The notes under the pieces: generated by a model
What the model was told of the DNA's origin: nothing
Seen by the model: the letters and a program-made list of their open reading frames with translations, nothing else
Database searches by the model: none
Part shown: piece by piece, positions 16,386-25,550 of the stretch
How positions within the stretch are numbered: the first letter of the stretch is position 1
Layout of the letters: the number at the start of each line of letters is the position of its first letter
Translations under genes and position numbers: made by a program
DNA from: a virus
Lineage: Duplodnaviria > Caudoviricetes
Virus record (IMG/VR): IMGVR_UViG_3300012971_000071
Coordinates: 1 to 28,364 of that record
DNA: 28,364 nt
Direction: 5' to 3' (one strand)

Positions 16386-17891
16386 TTATGCTACCGCTGA
16401 CTCCTCATCCGTGAAGAGTCCCTCTACAAATGGCACCCAGTATTCGACGCGAAAGTCGAGCCACTCAGCTGGCGTCGGCACTGCGATGTAAATGTGAAAA
16501 GTGAAGTGACCGTCGAGCAGTTCTGTCGTCGGGTTCTCGTCTTGACGAAACTCAACGCGCGCACCAAGCAACGCTTCGCTCGCAGCGAGACCGTCGAGCC
16601 AGAGCTGCAGTGAATTGACGACTGCGTCGATCAGACGGCGATTACCAGGCTCGTCGACCTTCTGCCAGATCGTCAGCACGATCGTGTTGCCGATGTAGTC
16701 GAACATTCTGCGCACGGGAATGAACATGTCCTTGACGTCAGTGTCTGCAGGGTATGCTGCGGTGCGGTTGCCCCATGAGCGCCAGCCGCCGATGAAGTTG
16801 AGCGCTGTCACGACGCCGAGACCGTTCAAGTAGTTCGCATCGAGCAAGTGCATTGGCAGCTCAGTGTTGTCATTGAGCAGCAGCGCGTTCATGCGCAGAT
16901 TCTTGTTCGACGGCGAGAAATACGGCAAGCCGTTGCCGCGATACGTGTCAGTCCACTGCATGAGCGGGCCTTGTTGTGACGCGAAGTTGAATTTCTTCGT
17001 CGTGCCGTCAGCGCCGACGAGCGCAGGCATCCCGAACAAGCACTGCTGACGATTGAACACGATGTTGTTCGTCGTCTTCCACGTGTTCACTGCTGACGCG
17101 ACTTTCACTGTTGACGTGTCGACGTCGATCAAGCACGTGCATGCGAAGCAGCCGTTGATGTTCTCGCTCTTCGCTTCCATGACTGCTGCGACTGACGCAT
17201 TCTTCGAGAACGCAGGGCAGATGATCACACCGGGAACGAGACCAGTCTCTTGAAAGACGTCTTCGATCACCTCGAGACCTGTGCGCGCGCCTGTTGACAC
17301 GTTCACGCCGCCAATGATGTCTGCAGCTGCGATTGGCGTCGGGCTCGGCTTCATGCCAGTCAGCTGAATCTGTGCAGTGTCACTCGTAATCGCACCACCT
17401 GCGATGCGAGTGATGATGAAGGTGTTGTTTTTCGACAAGCTCAGCAAGTAGTCAGTGCCAAGCACATACGTGGGCGTGCCGGTCTGACCTTTGACTGCGA
17501 TCGTCCAGTAGATCAGCTCTTCGCCGCTGTCGATCTGACCACCGACGAGCGTGAGCGTCTTTGGCGTCAGCGCGATCGAGCCTGTGCGTGCAGGATCGTT
17601 GACTGCGATGTAGATCGCGGGATACATGCCGAACTCGACAAAGCAAGCATCCATGTGCTCGCAGAGATCGTAGGTGGCCCAGTTGTTCGAGAAGCCGAGC
17701 GCTGCGACTGCGTCTTCGTAGCGATTGCAGAGCACTGGCGTGTTGAGTGCAGCTTTGCCATTCGGCAGAAGATGTAACGGCGCAGAGCCGATGACGACGT
17801 TGACGCCCGGGACGGCTTCAACAGGACTGATGACAGATGTCGGGACGTCAGACCAGCTGACGCCGTGTTTGAATGTTCCAAGATTAGGCAT
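16386..17891 (-). CDS. Contractile tail sheath protein
   Basis: 501 aa. FKHGV..SDVPTS, IGSAP, IIGGV...TGLE, PGVIICP, SPSNK, ANYLNGLGVVTALNFIGGWRSWGNRTAAYP and PTPAE. Confidence 0.95.
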   Translation of the reverse strand: MPNLGTFKHGVSWSDVPTSVISPVEAVPGVNVVIGSAPLHLLPNGKAALNTPVLCNRYEDAVAALGFSNNWATYDLCEHMDACFVEFGMYPAIYIAVNDPARTGSIALTPKTLTLVGGQIDSGEELIYWTIAVKGQTGTPTYVLGTDYLLSLSKNNTFIITRIAGGAITSDTAQIQLTGMKPSPTPIAAADIIGGVNVSTGARTGLEVIEDVFQETGLVPGVIICPAFSKNASVAAVMEAKSENINGCFACTCLIDVDTSTVKVASAVNTWKTTNNIVFNRQQCLFGMPALVGADGTTKKFNFASQQGPLMQWTDTYRGNGLPYFSPSNKNLRMNALLLNDNTELPMHLLDANYLNGLGVVTALNFIGGWRSWGNRTAAYPADTDVKDMFIPVRRMFDYIGNTIVLTIWQKVDEPGNRRLIDAVVNSLQLWLDGLAASEALLGARVEFRQDENPTTELLDGHFTFHIYIAVPTPAEWLDFRVEYWVPFVEGLFTDEESAVA

Positions 17892-18210
17892 GGTGGTGTT
17901 TTACCTCGATGGTTGGTTGTTGCTTTGCTTTTTTGTGGCTCTTCAGCCAGTTCTGAACTTCACGATAGAAAGTGACATATTTACCGCTCGTGCCGCGCAT
18001 GTTGTGAGCGTAGTCGAAGTTCAGCTCGCGACGCACAGCGCCGCACTGTTCGACTGGCACAAGCAAGCCCATGATCGCGGGACACTTCTCGCTCAGCTCT
18101 TTGATGCGCGGGTGCATCCCGTTGTAGAAGACGCAGCCGTAGCCGATGCCGAACGCGTGTAAGCGCGGCCCAAGGTAGATGACTTGATCTTTGATGACTG
18201 TGTTGTTCAT
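17884..18210 (-). CDS. Conserved phage hypothetical protein upstream of the sheath
   Basis: 108 aa, overlapping both neighbours. The IYLGP...VF....P...LLVPV pattern is recalled from the same position in related myovirus operons. Confidence 0.7.
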   Translation of the reverse strand: MNNTVIKDQVIYLGPRLHAFGIGYGCVFYNGMHPRIKELSEKCPAIMGLLVPVEQCGAVRRELNFDYAHNMRGTSGKYVTFYREVQNWLKSHKKAKQQPTIEVKHHHA

Positions 18211-19274
18211 GAGACTTTTTTCCAGATGTCGTTCTGTCCTGCGCCTGATGTCTCGAGATCGAGCACTGGGCCGCCGCGAGTCTCTGAGATTTGAAACTGC
18301 ACATCAGTCGCAGTGACGACGAAGTAGTAGACGCCTTGAACAAGCGGCTGCGGCAGCGGCGTCTGCGATTCGAAGCGAATCTCGTCGCCTACAAAAAGAC
18401 CGCCGACCATGATCAGATCGCTGCTCGGGAACACTTTGCTCGGCGTGAACGTCGCGACATACACGTCAGGCTTCGGTTCAACAGGCGGACGATCAATCGG
18501 CGGCTGTTCTGTGTCTTCGTCTTTGAACAGTGGCGTGAAGTCGTTGCTGACGCTCACGCGCAGATCGATGTGCTCAGCAGGAATGATGCCGAACACGTCA
18601 GAGTCAGGCAATGGTCGCGCGCTCGGCAGCTCCCATGTCGTTGTCATCACAGCAACGAAGTGCGGGAAGCAGTCAGCTTCGATCATCTCCCATTCGATCG
18701 GCATCTTGATCGGATAGGCTTTGTCGATCGCTTGTTGACCGAAGCTCGTGAGCGCGAGCGCAGCTGTTTCGATCAGATTCAGGCAGTCCTGATAGCCGCT
18801 CGAGTCAGGGTTCTCGTCGTAGGTGCTGAACAAGATGCGCACTGTCGCGATCGTCTCTTCGATCTCGATCTTCGCTTTGATCGCTTGCACGATCACGTTC
18901 GGGACGTCTGCGAGCTTGTTCAGATCGATCTCGCCTGTCACTGTGCGCGGGATGCGACCTCTGACGACACGAGGCGGGACCTTCAGCGCGAGTGTCTGCA
19001 TGCGCTCTGTCGGATCGTAGCTCACTGGAGGGTCGTCTGGGCCTCGCACGATGCGTGGTGTGATGACTCCTGCAGATGTCTGCGGCAGATTCATCGAAGG
19101 GTTCAGCTGCTCAGGCGCTGTCGCCTGCGACAAGTTGAGCGTCGGATTGTCGAGACGATACGAGTCGAACAGCTTCGACAGAAAACCGACAAGCGTCACC
19201 TCGAGATCGAACGCAGTCTGTGTGCGACGACCGAGATCGCGTTCAGGCGGTGTGACTGGTTCGGGTAGTCCCAT
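18207..19274 (-). CDS. Putative tail terminator/completion protein with an extra C-terminal beta-domain
   Basis: 355 aa at the terminator position. Core P.VIV...VRILFSTYDE...GYQDCLNLIE...PIEW...FPHF.....W. The C-terminal ~85 aa resemble the insertion in protein I. Function inferred from synteny. Confidence 0.6.
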   Translation of the reverse strand: MGLPEPVTPPERDLGRRTQTAFDLEVTLVGFLSKLFDSYRLDNPTLNLSQATAPEQLNPSMNLPQTSAGVITPRIVRGPDDPPVSYDPTERMQTLALKVPPRVVRGRIPRTVTGEIDLNKLADVPNVIVQAIKAKIEIEETIATVRILFSTYDENPDSSGYQDCLNLIETAALALTSFGQQAIDKAYPIKMPIEWEMIEADCFPHFVAVMTTTWELPSARPLPDSDVFGIIPAEHIDLRVSVSNDFTPLFKDEDTEQPPIDRPPVEPKPDVYVATFTPSKVFPSSDLIMVGGLFVGDEIRFESQTPLPQPLVQGVYYFVVTATDVQFQISETRGGPVLDLETSGAGQNDIWKKVS

Positions 19275-19275
19275 A

Positions 19276-19440
19276 TTACCAAGTTGGCTTCAGTATCTTC
19301 AGCCCGATGATGATGAACAACGCGAGCGTCACGAGCGAGTTCGCGCGCGGATACCACGTCCACGCAGGTGATGCGAAGCAGCCGAGCAAAATCAGCACGA
19401 GCAGAATCCAATAGATGATTGTGAGCAGGCCCATTGTCAT
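19276..19440 (-). CDS. Small two-helix membrane protein (54 aa, not in the ORF track)
   Basis: Manual translation: MTMGLLTIIYWILLVLILLGCFASPAWTWYPRANSLVTLALFIIIGLKILKPTW. ATGA overlap upstream, GGAGGT SD, and the stop lies 1 nt before the next ATG. Confidence 0.8.
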   Translation of the reverse strand: MTMGLLTIIYWILLVLILLGCFASPAWTWYPRANSLVTLALFIIIGLKILKPTW

Positions 19441-19988
19441 TTACCTCCAGCGCTTGCCAAGACTCGTTTCAGTTCGTGATCGATGCGCTTGGCAAGCGTG
19501 TCTCCCATCACTTCATTCGCAGCAGGACCGACTGTCGGCTGCGACGCCATGATGGCAGCTCCGATCGCGACGACTTTCCTGATCGGCAGACGCGGTGCTG
19601 CTGATCGTCGTTGAAAAGGACCTTCACCCATTCGATTCGTGACAAACCCTCGCTTCACGACACCCCCACCAGTTTTCTTGATCTGCACAAAGAGATCGCG
19701 TCGTCGCGCTGTGCGCACCTTCGGGCGGTAGACGAACTTGTCAGCAGTGAGCATTCCTTGATCGATGCGCACGTGACCTGTCGGCGATGCGTAGCGCGCA
19801 CGATGCAGTTTTGTCGGAATGTCCTTCTGCTTGATCAGGTAGATTTTTCGAATCTCGCGTCGCACAGTCGTCTGACCGCTCGCGAGCGCGCGATTGATCG
19901 CAGGCACGATCACTTTCGGCACGCCGTCCTTGATGTCAGCGAGCGCTTTCGTGAGCTGCTTCATCTGCTTTGCGTCAAGTGTGACCAT
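19437..19988 (-). CDS. Minor tail/neck protein Z-like
   Basis: 183 aa, basic. AINRAL....T.VRREI.K.Y.IK, GPFQR....RLPI and LAKRIDHEL.RVL. Confidence 0.8.
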   Translation of the reverse strand: MVTLDAKQMKQLTKALADIKDGVPKVIVPAINRALASGQTTVRREIRKIYLIKQKDIPTKLHRARYASPTGHVRIDQGMLTADKFVYRPKVRTARRRDLFVQIKKTGGGVVKRGFVTNRMGEGPFQRRSAAPRLPIRKVVAIGAAIMASQPTVGPAANEVMGDTLAKRIDHELKRVLASAGGK

Positions 19989-20357
19989 TCAGTTGTTCCC
20001 GTATTTGCCCGGCTGCGATCGTGTCGCTGACAGCGCGAGCTTGTAGCAGCTTTCTTCGTCAGTGCAGTCGAGCACTTCCCATGGTTGGTTCGCGGGCGAG
20101 TAGATCAGCTCGCCCGCGACGGGAGGGCGTGGCAAGTATTTGTGCTCGATGAAGCAGATGACGCCGCCGAGATACATGCCGTGGATCGCAACAACAGGAT
20201 GACGCTTCGCTTGCTCTTCATCCCACACGACTTTCGCAGTGAAGACAGTGAAGCCGCCTTGTCCGTTGTTGATCCTGAACTCGCGCACAGTCGCGAACTC
20301 GTCAGTGTTGACGAATACGTTCGCCAGATCGGGCGCAAACTGTTCACGCAAGCTCAT
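19989..20357 (-). CDS. Head closure/head-tail joining protein (lambda FII/Gifsy-2-like)
   Basis: 122 aa. MSLREQFAPDLANVFVNTDEFA start and P..GE motif; immediately follows the capsid gene. Confidence 0.75.
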   Translation of the reverse strand: MSLREQFAPDLANVFVNTDEFATVREFRINNGQGGFTVFTAKVVWDEEQAKRHPVVAIHGMYLGGVICFIEHKYLPRPPVAGELIYSPANQPWEVLDCTDEESCYKLALSATRSQPGKYGNN

Positions 20358-20382
20358 GATTCACAGCAGTTGATCTGTTCTC

Positions 20383-21762
20383 CTACTTGTTTTGTGCCTT
20401 TCTGTGTTTCTTGATTGCCTTCTGGATGTCAGCCTTGTGAGTGACACCAGTCAGATCGACACCTTCAGATTCAGCGATCGTTCTCAGCTCGTCGACTGTC
20501 GCATCTTCGAGATCGCTGTTGTCGGCAGCTGCATTGCCCTCTTCACTCTCGGCTTGCGCTGCCTTCCAGTTCGCAGTCGATGTGGTCTTTTTTGCCTCTT
20601 CAGCTTTCTCAGCTGCTTCTGCTTTCAGTTTCTCCGCCTCTTCGGCATCGCCAGTGATCTCGCCGGTGAGCGAGTTCAGCACTGCGTCGCCTTCGACCAT
20701 CGCTGGATATGTCAGCGCAAGTGCTTCGATGATGCGGAAGCCCAAGATGTCAGCAGGCATCGGCAGCGGACACGACGTCAGACGATAGAAGAGCGAGCCG
20801 CCCTCTTCGTCACCGTAGACGAACGGGATGCGGTCTTGCTGATACGTCACGAAGCGCTTCGCTTTCGCGTCCTCGAGCTGCGTGAATGCGCCATACACGA
20901 TCTTGTTCGGCGTCTCAGTCGAGAGCAGCATGACGAAGTTGTCCGGAATCATCGGAAAGATCGTCCCGACATCGTCCTCGAAATAGTCTGCATACTCATA
21001 AAGCTCGAGTCCGGGCACGCGACCAAAGCGCACGACGTTGTTGCTGTCGATGATCGGCTGAATCGTTGCGATCGAGAAACGCATCTTGTCGAGCAACGTC
21101 GCGACGCTCGCGTTGCGGATGAACACTTTCGCAGCGTTCACACCAAACAGCGCGACGTTCGGCGCGATGCCGCTGTCTTTGATCGTCGCGAGACGAGCTG
21201 CTTCAAGATCAGCGAGCGGGTCGCTGCCTGCGACGTCCCATTTGGTCGTCGGCACGTAGTGGTTGTTCGCAGCGCCTGCGCTGCTCTGCGTGTAGTCGAT
21301 GCTCATCGTGTAGCCTGTGTCGGCTGTCACTGTGATCGCACCATTGACGAGAACGTTGCGGCACATCCACTCTTCACGTCGACTGATCGCGTCATCGCAG
21401 AAGATCGCGTCTTCAGCGAGCAGCTCAGCAGCGCGATCTGCAGGTGAGCGCTGCGAGTAGATCGTCTCGCCAGGCAGTCGTGCTTCGAGATCAGGCGTGC
21501 GCAAAGCGCGAACAGGCGCGATGCGCGGTGCTCTGAAGAATCGCGTCTCGAAGCCTTGACGCTCCATCAGTTTGCCACCGACGAGCGGGGCAACGAAAGG
21601 CGCCATTTTTCGACGACCGCGTCTGAAGTCGAACTCGATCAGCGGCGTCGCTGCGTAGTCGCGCGCGCCGAAGAAAGTGTCACGCAAGAATGAAGGAACG
21701 AGCGGCCCTTGCAGGAAAGGCGCCAACATCGTTTTTGTTTCGTATGCAGGATTTAGAGGCAT
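20383..21762 (-). CDS. Major capsid protein (lambda gpE family) with a C-terminal acidic linker and HeH/Rho-N-like domain
   Basis: 459 aa. SFLRDTFF, FDFRRGRRKMAPFV, ISRREEWMC..VL..G, W....SDPLADL, YGAFTQ and S.PLPMP. TAGGAG SD. Confidence 0.93.
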   Translation of the reverse strand: MPLNPAYETKTMLAPFLQGPLVPSFLRDTFFGARDYAATPLIEFDFRRGRRKMAPFVAPLVGGKLMERQGFETRFFRAPRIAPVRALRTPDLEARLPGETIYSQRSPADRAAELLAEDAIFCDDAISRREEWMCRNVLVNGAITVTADTGYTMSIDYTQSSAGAANNHYVPTTKWDVAGSDPLADLEAARLATIKDSGIAPNVALFGVNAAKVFIRNASVATLLDKMRFSIATIQPIIDSNNVVRFGRVPGLELYEYADYFEDDVGTIFPMIPDNFVMLLSTETPNKIVYGAFTQLEDAKAKRFVTYQQDRIPFVYGDEEGGSLFYRLTSCPLPMPADILGFRIIEALALTYPAMVEGDAVLNSLTGEITGDAEEAEKLKAEAAEKAEEAKKTTSTANWKAAQAESEEGNAAADNSDLEDATVDELRTIAESEGVDLTGVTHKADIQKAIKKHRKAQNK

Positions 21763-21803
21763 GGTTGGTTGATCTCCTAGTTGATGTTGTTGTTGTCTGA
21801 CGT
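21763..21803 (-). promoter_or_regulatory. A/C-rich unstructured leader plus SD of the capsid gene
   Basis: The mRNA reads ACAACAACAUCAACUAGGAGAUCAACCAACC-AUG. Similar CAA-rich leaders precede the decoration (22203-22231), scaffold (22715-22741), sheath (~17892-17930) and tube (16346-16385) genes, i.e. the high-copy virion proteins. Confidence 0.6.
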
Positions 21804-22202
21804 TTAAGGTGCGAACGCGCCGCCTGTGATTGCTGCGTCGAGAAAGATGTCTTTGTCGCGCAGAGCTGCTTGACCGGCTGCACTGATCGGCGATGCGCCG
21901 TCAGCGTATTTGACCGTGTTCTTGTCGAACGAGCCAGTGAGCGCGACAGCGACTGTCGCGTCAGCTGCGTTCGTGACGTCAGTGCCGCCGACGTCGATGA
22001 TCACGCCCTCGAGCGCAGCGTCGTCAGCTGCAACTGCGCCGAGCACGCTCAGACGATCAGCTGCAAACTTGCAGACGTAGCCGGGCTTGATTGTCGCGAT
22101 TGCCGGACCGCCACTGTAAGGCATGCGCACGACCTTCCAATTTGGGTCGTCGTCATGACTGAGCAGCGGAACTGGCGTGAAGGTTGTTCCTGAGATTGCC
22201 AT
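21804..22202 (-). CDS. Head decoration protein (lambda gpD-like)
   Basis: 132 aa between protease and capsid. GVI...VAVALTGSF....V...AALRDKDIFL. Confidence 0.8.
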   Translation of the reverse strand: MAISGTTFTPVPLLSHDDDPNWKVVRMPYSGGPAIATIKPGYVCKFAADRLSVLGAVAADDAALEGVIIDVGGTDVTNAADATVAVALTGSFDKNTVKYADGASPISAAGQAALRDKDIFLDAAITGGAFAP

Positions 22203-22231
22203 TGTAGTGTTTCCTTTCGGTGTTTGTGGTT

Positions 22232-22714
22232 TTAGTTTTTGCCGTTGAGCACGCGTGTGCGTCCGCGCGCCTTCAGTTTGTTCTGCACTGCTTTCGTCAG
22301 TCGCACGCCAAAGTCGCCGCTGTCGTCGCCGTTGTTCGGTGTTGTGTCGCCGCCCTGAATATCAGAGAGCGCAGTCGCGTCAGCACGTCGCGCTGTTTGC
22401 TGCCCGCTCTTCTCGAGCGCACTGAACAGCTCGTCAGTGATGTCAGCGACCGTCTTGCCTTCGGCGATCGCCTTCACGACGATGTCGTGCGTCGCTGGCT
22501 TGTCATACTTCTGCAACGCAGCGATGCGATCGCGCTCTGCTTTCACGCCCTTGTCGAACTCGTTGACTGTCGTTGTCGCTGCTGCTTGCGTCGGTGGCGG
22601 TGGCGGCGCAGGCTGTGGAGCTGGCTCTGCTGGTTTTGGTTTCGTCTCTTCGCCGGGCTTCGGTTGTTCCGGCGGCTGCTGTGTCTGCTGCTGTGTCGTT
22701 GTTGCTTCTGGCAT
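22232..22714 (-). CDS. Nested in-frame scaffolding protein (lambda Nu3-like)
   Basis: Internal in-frame ATG at 22714 preceded by CAACAACAACAAAC-AGGAG-AACACACC. The 160-aa product has a P/Q-rich N-terminus and the AERDRIAALQ scaffold motif. Confidence 0.7.
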   Translation of the reverse strand: MPEATTTQQQTQQPPEQPKPGEETKPKPAEPAPQPAPPPPPTQAAATTTVNEFDKGVKAERDRIAALQKYDKPATHDIVVKAIAEGKTVADITDELFSALEKSGQQTARRADATALSDIQGGDTTPNNGDDSGDFGVRLTKAVQNKLKARGRTRVLNGKN

Positions 22715-23398
22715 GGTGTGTTCTCCTGTTTGTTGTTGTTGGGCGGTGAACGCCGGCACATTGTGAAAGCGTGAGAGATCGAACGTGACGCCGTTGAAGA
22801 TCACGCGCTTCTCGTCGATCACTGCTGCTGCTTTGACGACGCCGCGCACTTCATCAGCGAAGCCTTTGTCGACTGCTTGCTGCGCGCTGAACCACGTCTC
22901 AGCTGTGAGCATGCCTCTGATCTCTTCGCGATCGACTTTGGTGCGCTTCGCGTAGACGTTAAGCATCGACTCAGTCATTGAATCGAGAGCGGCGATCGAC
23001 GTGCGATGAGCTTCTGCGTTGCCAATCGTGATCGCCATCGGCGAGTGGATCATCATGTTCGCATTCGCTCTGATGTAAATTTTGTGTCCGACCATTGCGA
23101 CGATCGACGCTGCGCTCGCTGCGACGCCGTCGATGTAGACGTTCTTGTCGCTCTTGTGATCTGCGAGTCGCGAGTAGATCGCCTGCGCTTCACTCAACGA
23201 GCCGCCCGGACTGTTGATGTGAATGTCGAGACGCTTCACGCTCTTCGGCAGTGCGCTGAGATCCCGCGCGAAGCCTTTCGCACTGATCTCGCCCATGTCC
23301 TCCCAGTCGCCAATGACGTCGAAGATCAGCAGCTCTGCGCCTGTCGGCTCATCGCCTGCTTCAGCTCTGAACTTGTAGAAAGGTGTGATCGTATTCAT
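22232..23398 (-). CDS. ClpP-type prohead maturation protease fused to a scaffold domain
   Basis: 388 aa. IHINSPGGS, IDGVAASAAS (catalytic Ser), MMIHSP (His) and ETWFSAQQAVDKGFAD. Confidence 0.94.
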   Translation of the reverse strand: MNTITPFYKFRAEAGDEPTGAELLIFDVIGDWEDMGEISAKGFARDLSALPKSVKRLDIHINSPGGSLSEAQAIYSRLADHKSDKNVYIDGVAASAASIVAMVGHKIYIRANANMMIHSPMAITIGNAEAHRTSIAALDSMTESMLNVYAKRTKVDREEIRGMLTAETWFSAQQAVDKGFADEVRGVVKAAAVIDEKRVIFNGVTFDLSRFHNVPAFTAQQQQTGEHTMPEATTTQQQTQQPPEQPKPGEETKPKPAEPAPQPAPPPPPTQAAATTTVNEFDKGVKAERDRIAALQKYDKPATHDIVVKAIAEGKTVADITDELFSALEKSGQQTARRADATALSDIQGGDTTPNNGDDSGDFGVRLTKAVQNKLKARGRTRVLNGKN

Positions 23399-25161
23399 CG
23401 CATGATTGCACCGCTCAGTGACAGCGTGTGATTTGTGCTGCGCGATCTGCGTGTCGCTTTGATCGCGATCGTGCGAGTCGTGCGCGCAGCTGGTTGACCT
23501 TGCTCGGGACTCGGAGTCGGAAATACTTTGCCAGCGCCAAGCGTTGCTGCTTTGCGCTCAGGCGGGAACGTCAGATCAGCTTCAGTGAACGTGTCCTTCT
23601 CTGTCGCTTGCTGCGTGACGTTGTCGCGCCAGTTGCTGCCGTTCAGCTCCATCGCTTCGCGTTCGATCGTCGAGAAGCCTGCGTTCACTTTCGCTTCGGC
23701 AGCTGCGACCTCTTTCTGCGGATCGAGCGAGCCTGCGCTCGCGCCTGACCAGTTGCAGCGAGTGAGCGCGCGACGAATCGTGAGATCAGTCATGTCGCCG
23801 TTGAAGCCGTCGATGCGCCCGAGCGTGACTGCGTCGATGCACCATTCTTCGTAGCACGGTTGGCAGAACTGATCGCACATCTGCGAGCGATACTTGCGCA
23901 CGCGCTTCCAGAACTCGAGCAGCGCTGCTCTGCTCGCGCTGTAGCTCGCGTTGAACTGCTTCAACAGAATCTCATAAGGGACGCCCGTCGCGCAGCCAAC
24001 AAATTTTGCGCATGCAATCATGAACTCTCCGAACGTCGAGTGCGGCTGTGTCGGTGCGCTGAAGTTCACATTGTGACCCGGGCGCATGAAGTTCACGACG
24101 CCAGGTCCGAGCTGCACGTTGTAGGGATTGAAGTCGAGAATCTCTTGCTTCTGCTCCTCAGTCAGCAGGTCGTTCAAGATGTTCGGATCTGGGAATTCCT
24201 GCGTGATGAACGCTGTGAAGTAGCTCTGAATGACAGCTGCGATGACTGTCGCGTCTGTGTAGCGCCCGCTCTGCTTGAGCAGCTCGAGACAGACTGACAA
24301 GATCGGGACGCCACGCCGCTGCTCAGGCCGCTCGGGCTTGATCAGCAGCACCATGTTGCGACGACCGCTCAGCGCACCAAACGGTTCGACGCGCACAGTC
24401 TCGAATGGCAACAAAGGCAGCGGCGTGACTTTGCCGAAAGCATTCGCGAGCGGATGACGTTTCGCGATGTGATACGCCTGCAGCTCGCCGTCCATGCTGA
24501 GTTCGACGCCGCTGTAGATATTCTTCGTTGGATCGAATCGTGGCGGATTGATGATGCGATCTGCTTCGAGCACGCGAATGCGCAGATCGAAGAGCGTGTT
24601 CGGTCGCGGCTTCAGCGGGAACAGAATCGGGCAATCGCCCGACAGCAGCATCGATTGAAAAGCTGTTGACTGCTTCAAGTAGAAACTGTCTCGCATCTCG
24701 AAGTCGCACTCGCGCGGGTCGCACGCCCACTGCTCGAATTTCTCAGCGAGTTCAGTGTTCAGTGCAGCTGTGTCTTCGGGCGATAGACCAAGCGTCTCGC
24801 CGTCGACGTTCGGCGCAGGATACAAACCTTCACCGACGACGTTCGTGTCGAGCGTCTCGACTGCGCCGCTTGCCATCGGGATCCCCATGAAGGCATCGCG
24901 CGATCGCTCGCGCAGCACTTGCACGTTGAAGCCGATGTCTGTGTCAGCGTCGCCGCCGCGCCAGAGCCAGCCGAGCAGCGAGTTTTTCTGCGTGTTCGCG
25001 CCGTATTGCCCATAACCTGTACCGCCGCCAGTGAACAAGATCGCTTGTGGATCGATCGTCGAACGCGCGAACGGGGTCCCGTTGACGTCGAGCAGTGTGC
25101 CTCTCGGCAGTTTGCTACGTCGTAGCAAAGTCTGATCGCCGTTGAGTGACGTCGCTGTCAT
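23395..25161 (-). CDS. Portal protein, lambda family
   Basis: Start re-called at ATG 25161 (ATGA overlap), 588 aa. LRERSRD, NVVGEGL, RVLEADR, RPEQRRGVP, GVPYEIL..F.ASYSASRAALLEFW and LDPQKEV.A. Confidence 0.95.
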   Translation of the reverse strand: MTATSLNGDQTLLRRSKLPRGTLLDVNGTPFARSTIDPQAILFTGGGTGYGQYGANTQKNSLLGWLWRGGDADTDIGFNVQVLRERSRDAFMGIPMASGAVETLDTNVVGEGLYPAPNVDGETLGLSPEDTAALNTELAEKFEQWACDPRECDFEMRDSFYLKQSTAFQSMLLSGDCPILFPLKPRPNTLFDLRIRVLEADRIINPPRFDPTKNIYSGVELSMDGELQAYHIAKRHPLANAFGKVTPLPLLPFETVRVEPFGALSGRRNMVLLIKPERPEQRRGVPILSVCLELLKQSGRYTDATVIAAVIQSYFTAFITQEFPDPNILNDLLTEEQKQEILDFNPYNVQLGPGVVNFMRPGHNVNFSAPTQPHSTFGEFMIACAKFVGCATGVPYEILLKQFNASYSASRAALLEFWKRVRKYRSQMCDQFCQPCYEEWCIDAVTLGRIDGFNGDMTDLTIRRALTRCNWSGASAGSLDPQKEVAAAEAKVNAGFSTIEREAMELNGSNWRDNVTQQATEKDTFTEADLTFPPERKAATLGAGKVFPTPSPEQGQPAARTTRTIAIKATRRSRSTNHTLSLSGAIMR

Positions 25162-25469
25162 AAGTCTCGAGGCACAATGCGACACGCAATGTCACGACCT
25201 GTGAGCGATGACGGCAGTCCGATGTCACCGCAATAGAATTTCACCATCTCGTTCCAGTAGGCGACGTTGTTGATCTGCGACGTCAAGCCTTCGCGCTTCA
25301 GACCGCGCGAGCCGATGTGATACTCTGTGACGCCACCGCCTGCCTGCTTCATCGCTTCGAGCGCTTTCTGAAGACCGTCTCGAGCCCAGTCACACCACGA
25401 AGCGAACGGAGGAGGTGGATCGCCCGATGTCACTTTTGGCACTTCAACGATGACAACTGCTTCGGGCAT
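25158..25469 (-). CDS. Head-tail adaptor, gpW-like
   Basis: 103 aa between terL and portal. EYHIGSRGLKR..L..I...VAYW and a C-terminal RIVPRDL. Confidence 0.8.
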   Translation of the reverse strand: MPEAVVIVEVPKVTSGDPPPPFASWCDWARDGLQKALEAMKQAGGGVTEYHIGSRGLKREGLTSQINNVAYWNEMVKFYCGDIGLPSSLTGRDIACRIVPRDL

Positions 25470-25501
25470 TCGTGCGCAGTCTTGAGCGGCGCTCGCGATT
25501 C

Positions 25502-25530
25502 CGTCAATCGACTGTCATTTAATCATGACA
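25502..25530. promoter_or_regulatory. Candidate divergent control region: palindrome TGTCAT-N6-ATGACA plus a minus-strand TTGACG (-35-like)
   Basis: The palindrome at 25513-25530 and TTGACG at 25507-25502 (minus) lie in the only divergent intergenic gap of the window. No convincing -10 box was seen. Confidence 0.4.
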
Positions 25531-25550
25531 ACAAAACTCGAAAAGGCTTG

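Noticed and set aside
14523-21447. Long + strand ORFs (14523..15257, 18291..19268, 20392..21447 and many shorter ones)
   Set aside because: They are antisense shadows of well-supported genes. Stop codons are scarce because of TA depletion and codon bias, and the translations lack recognisable motifs.
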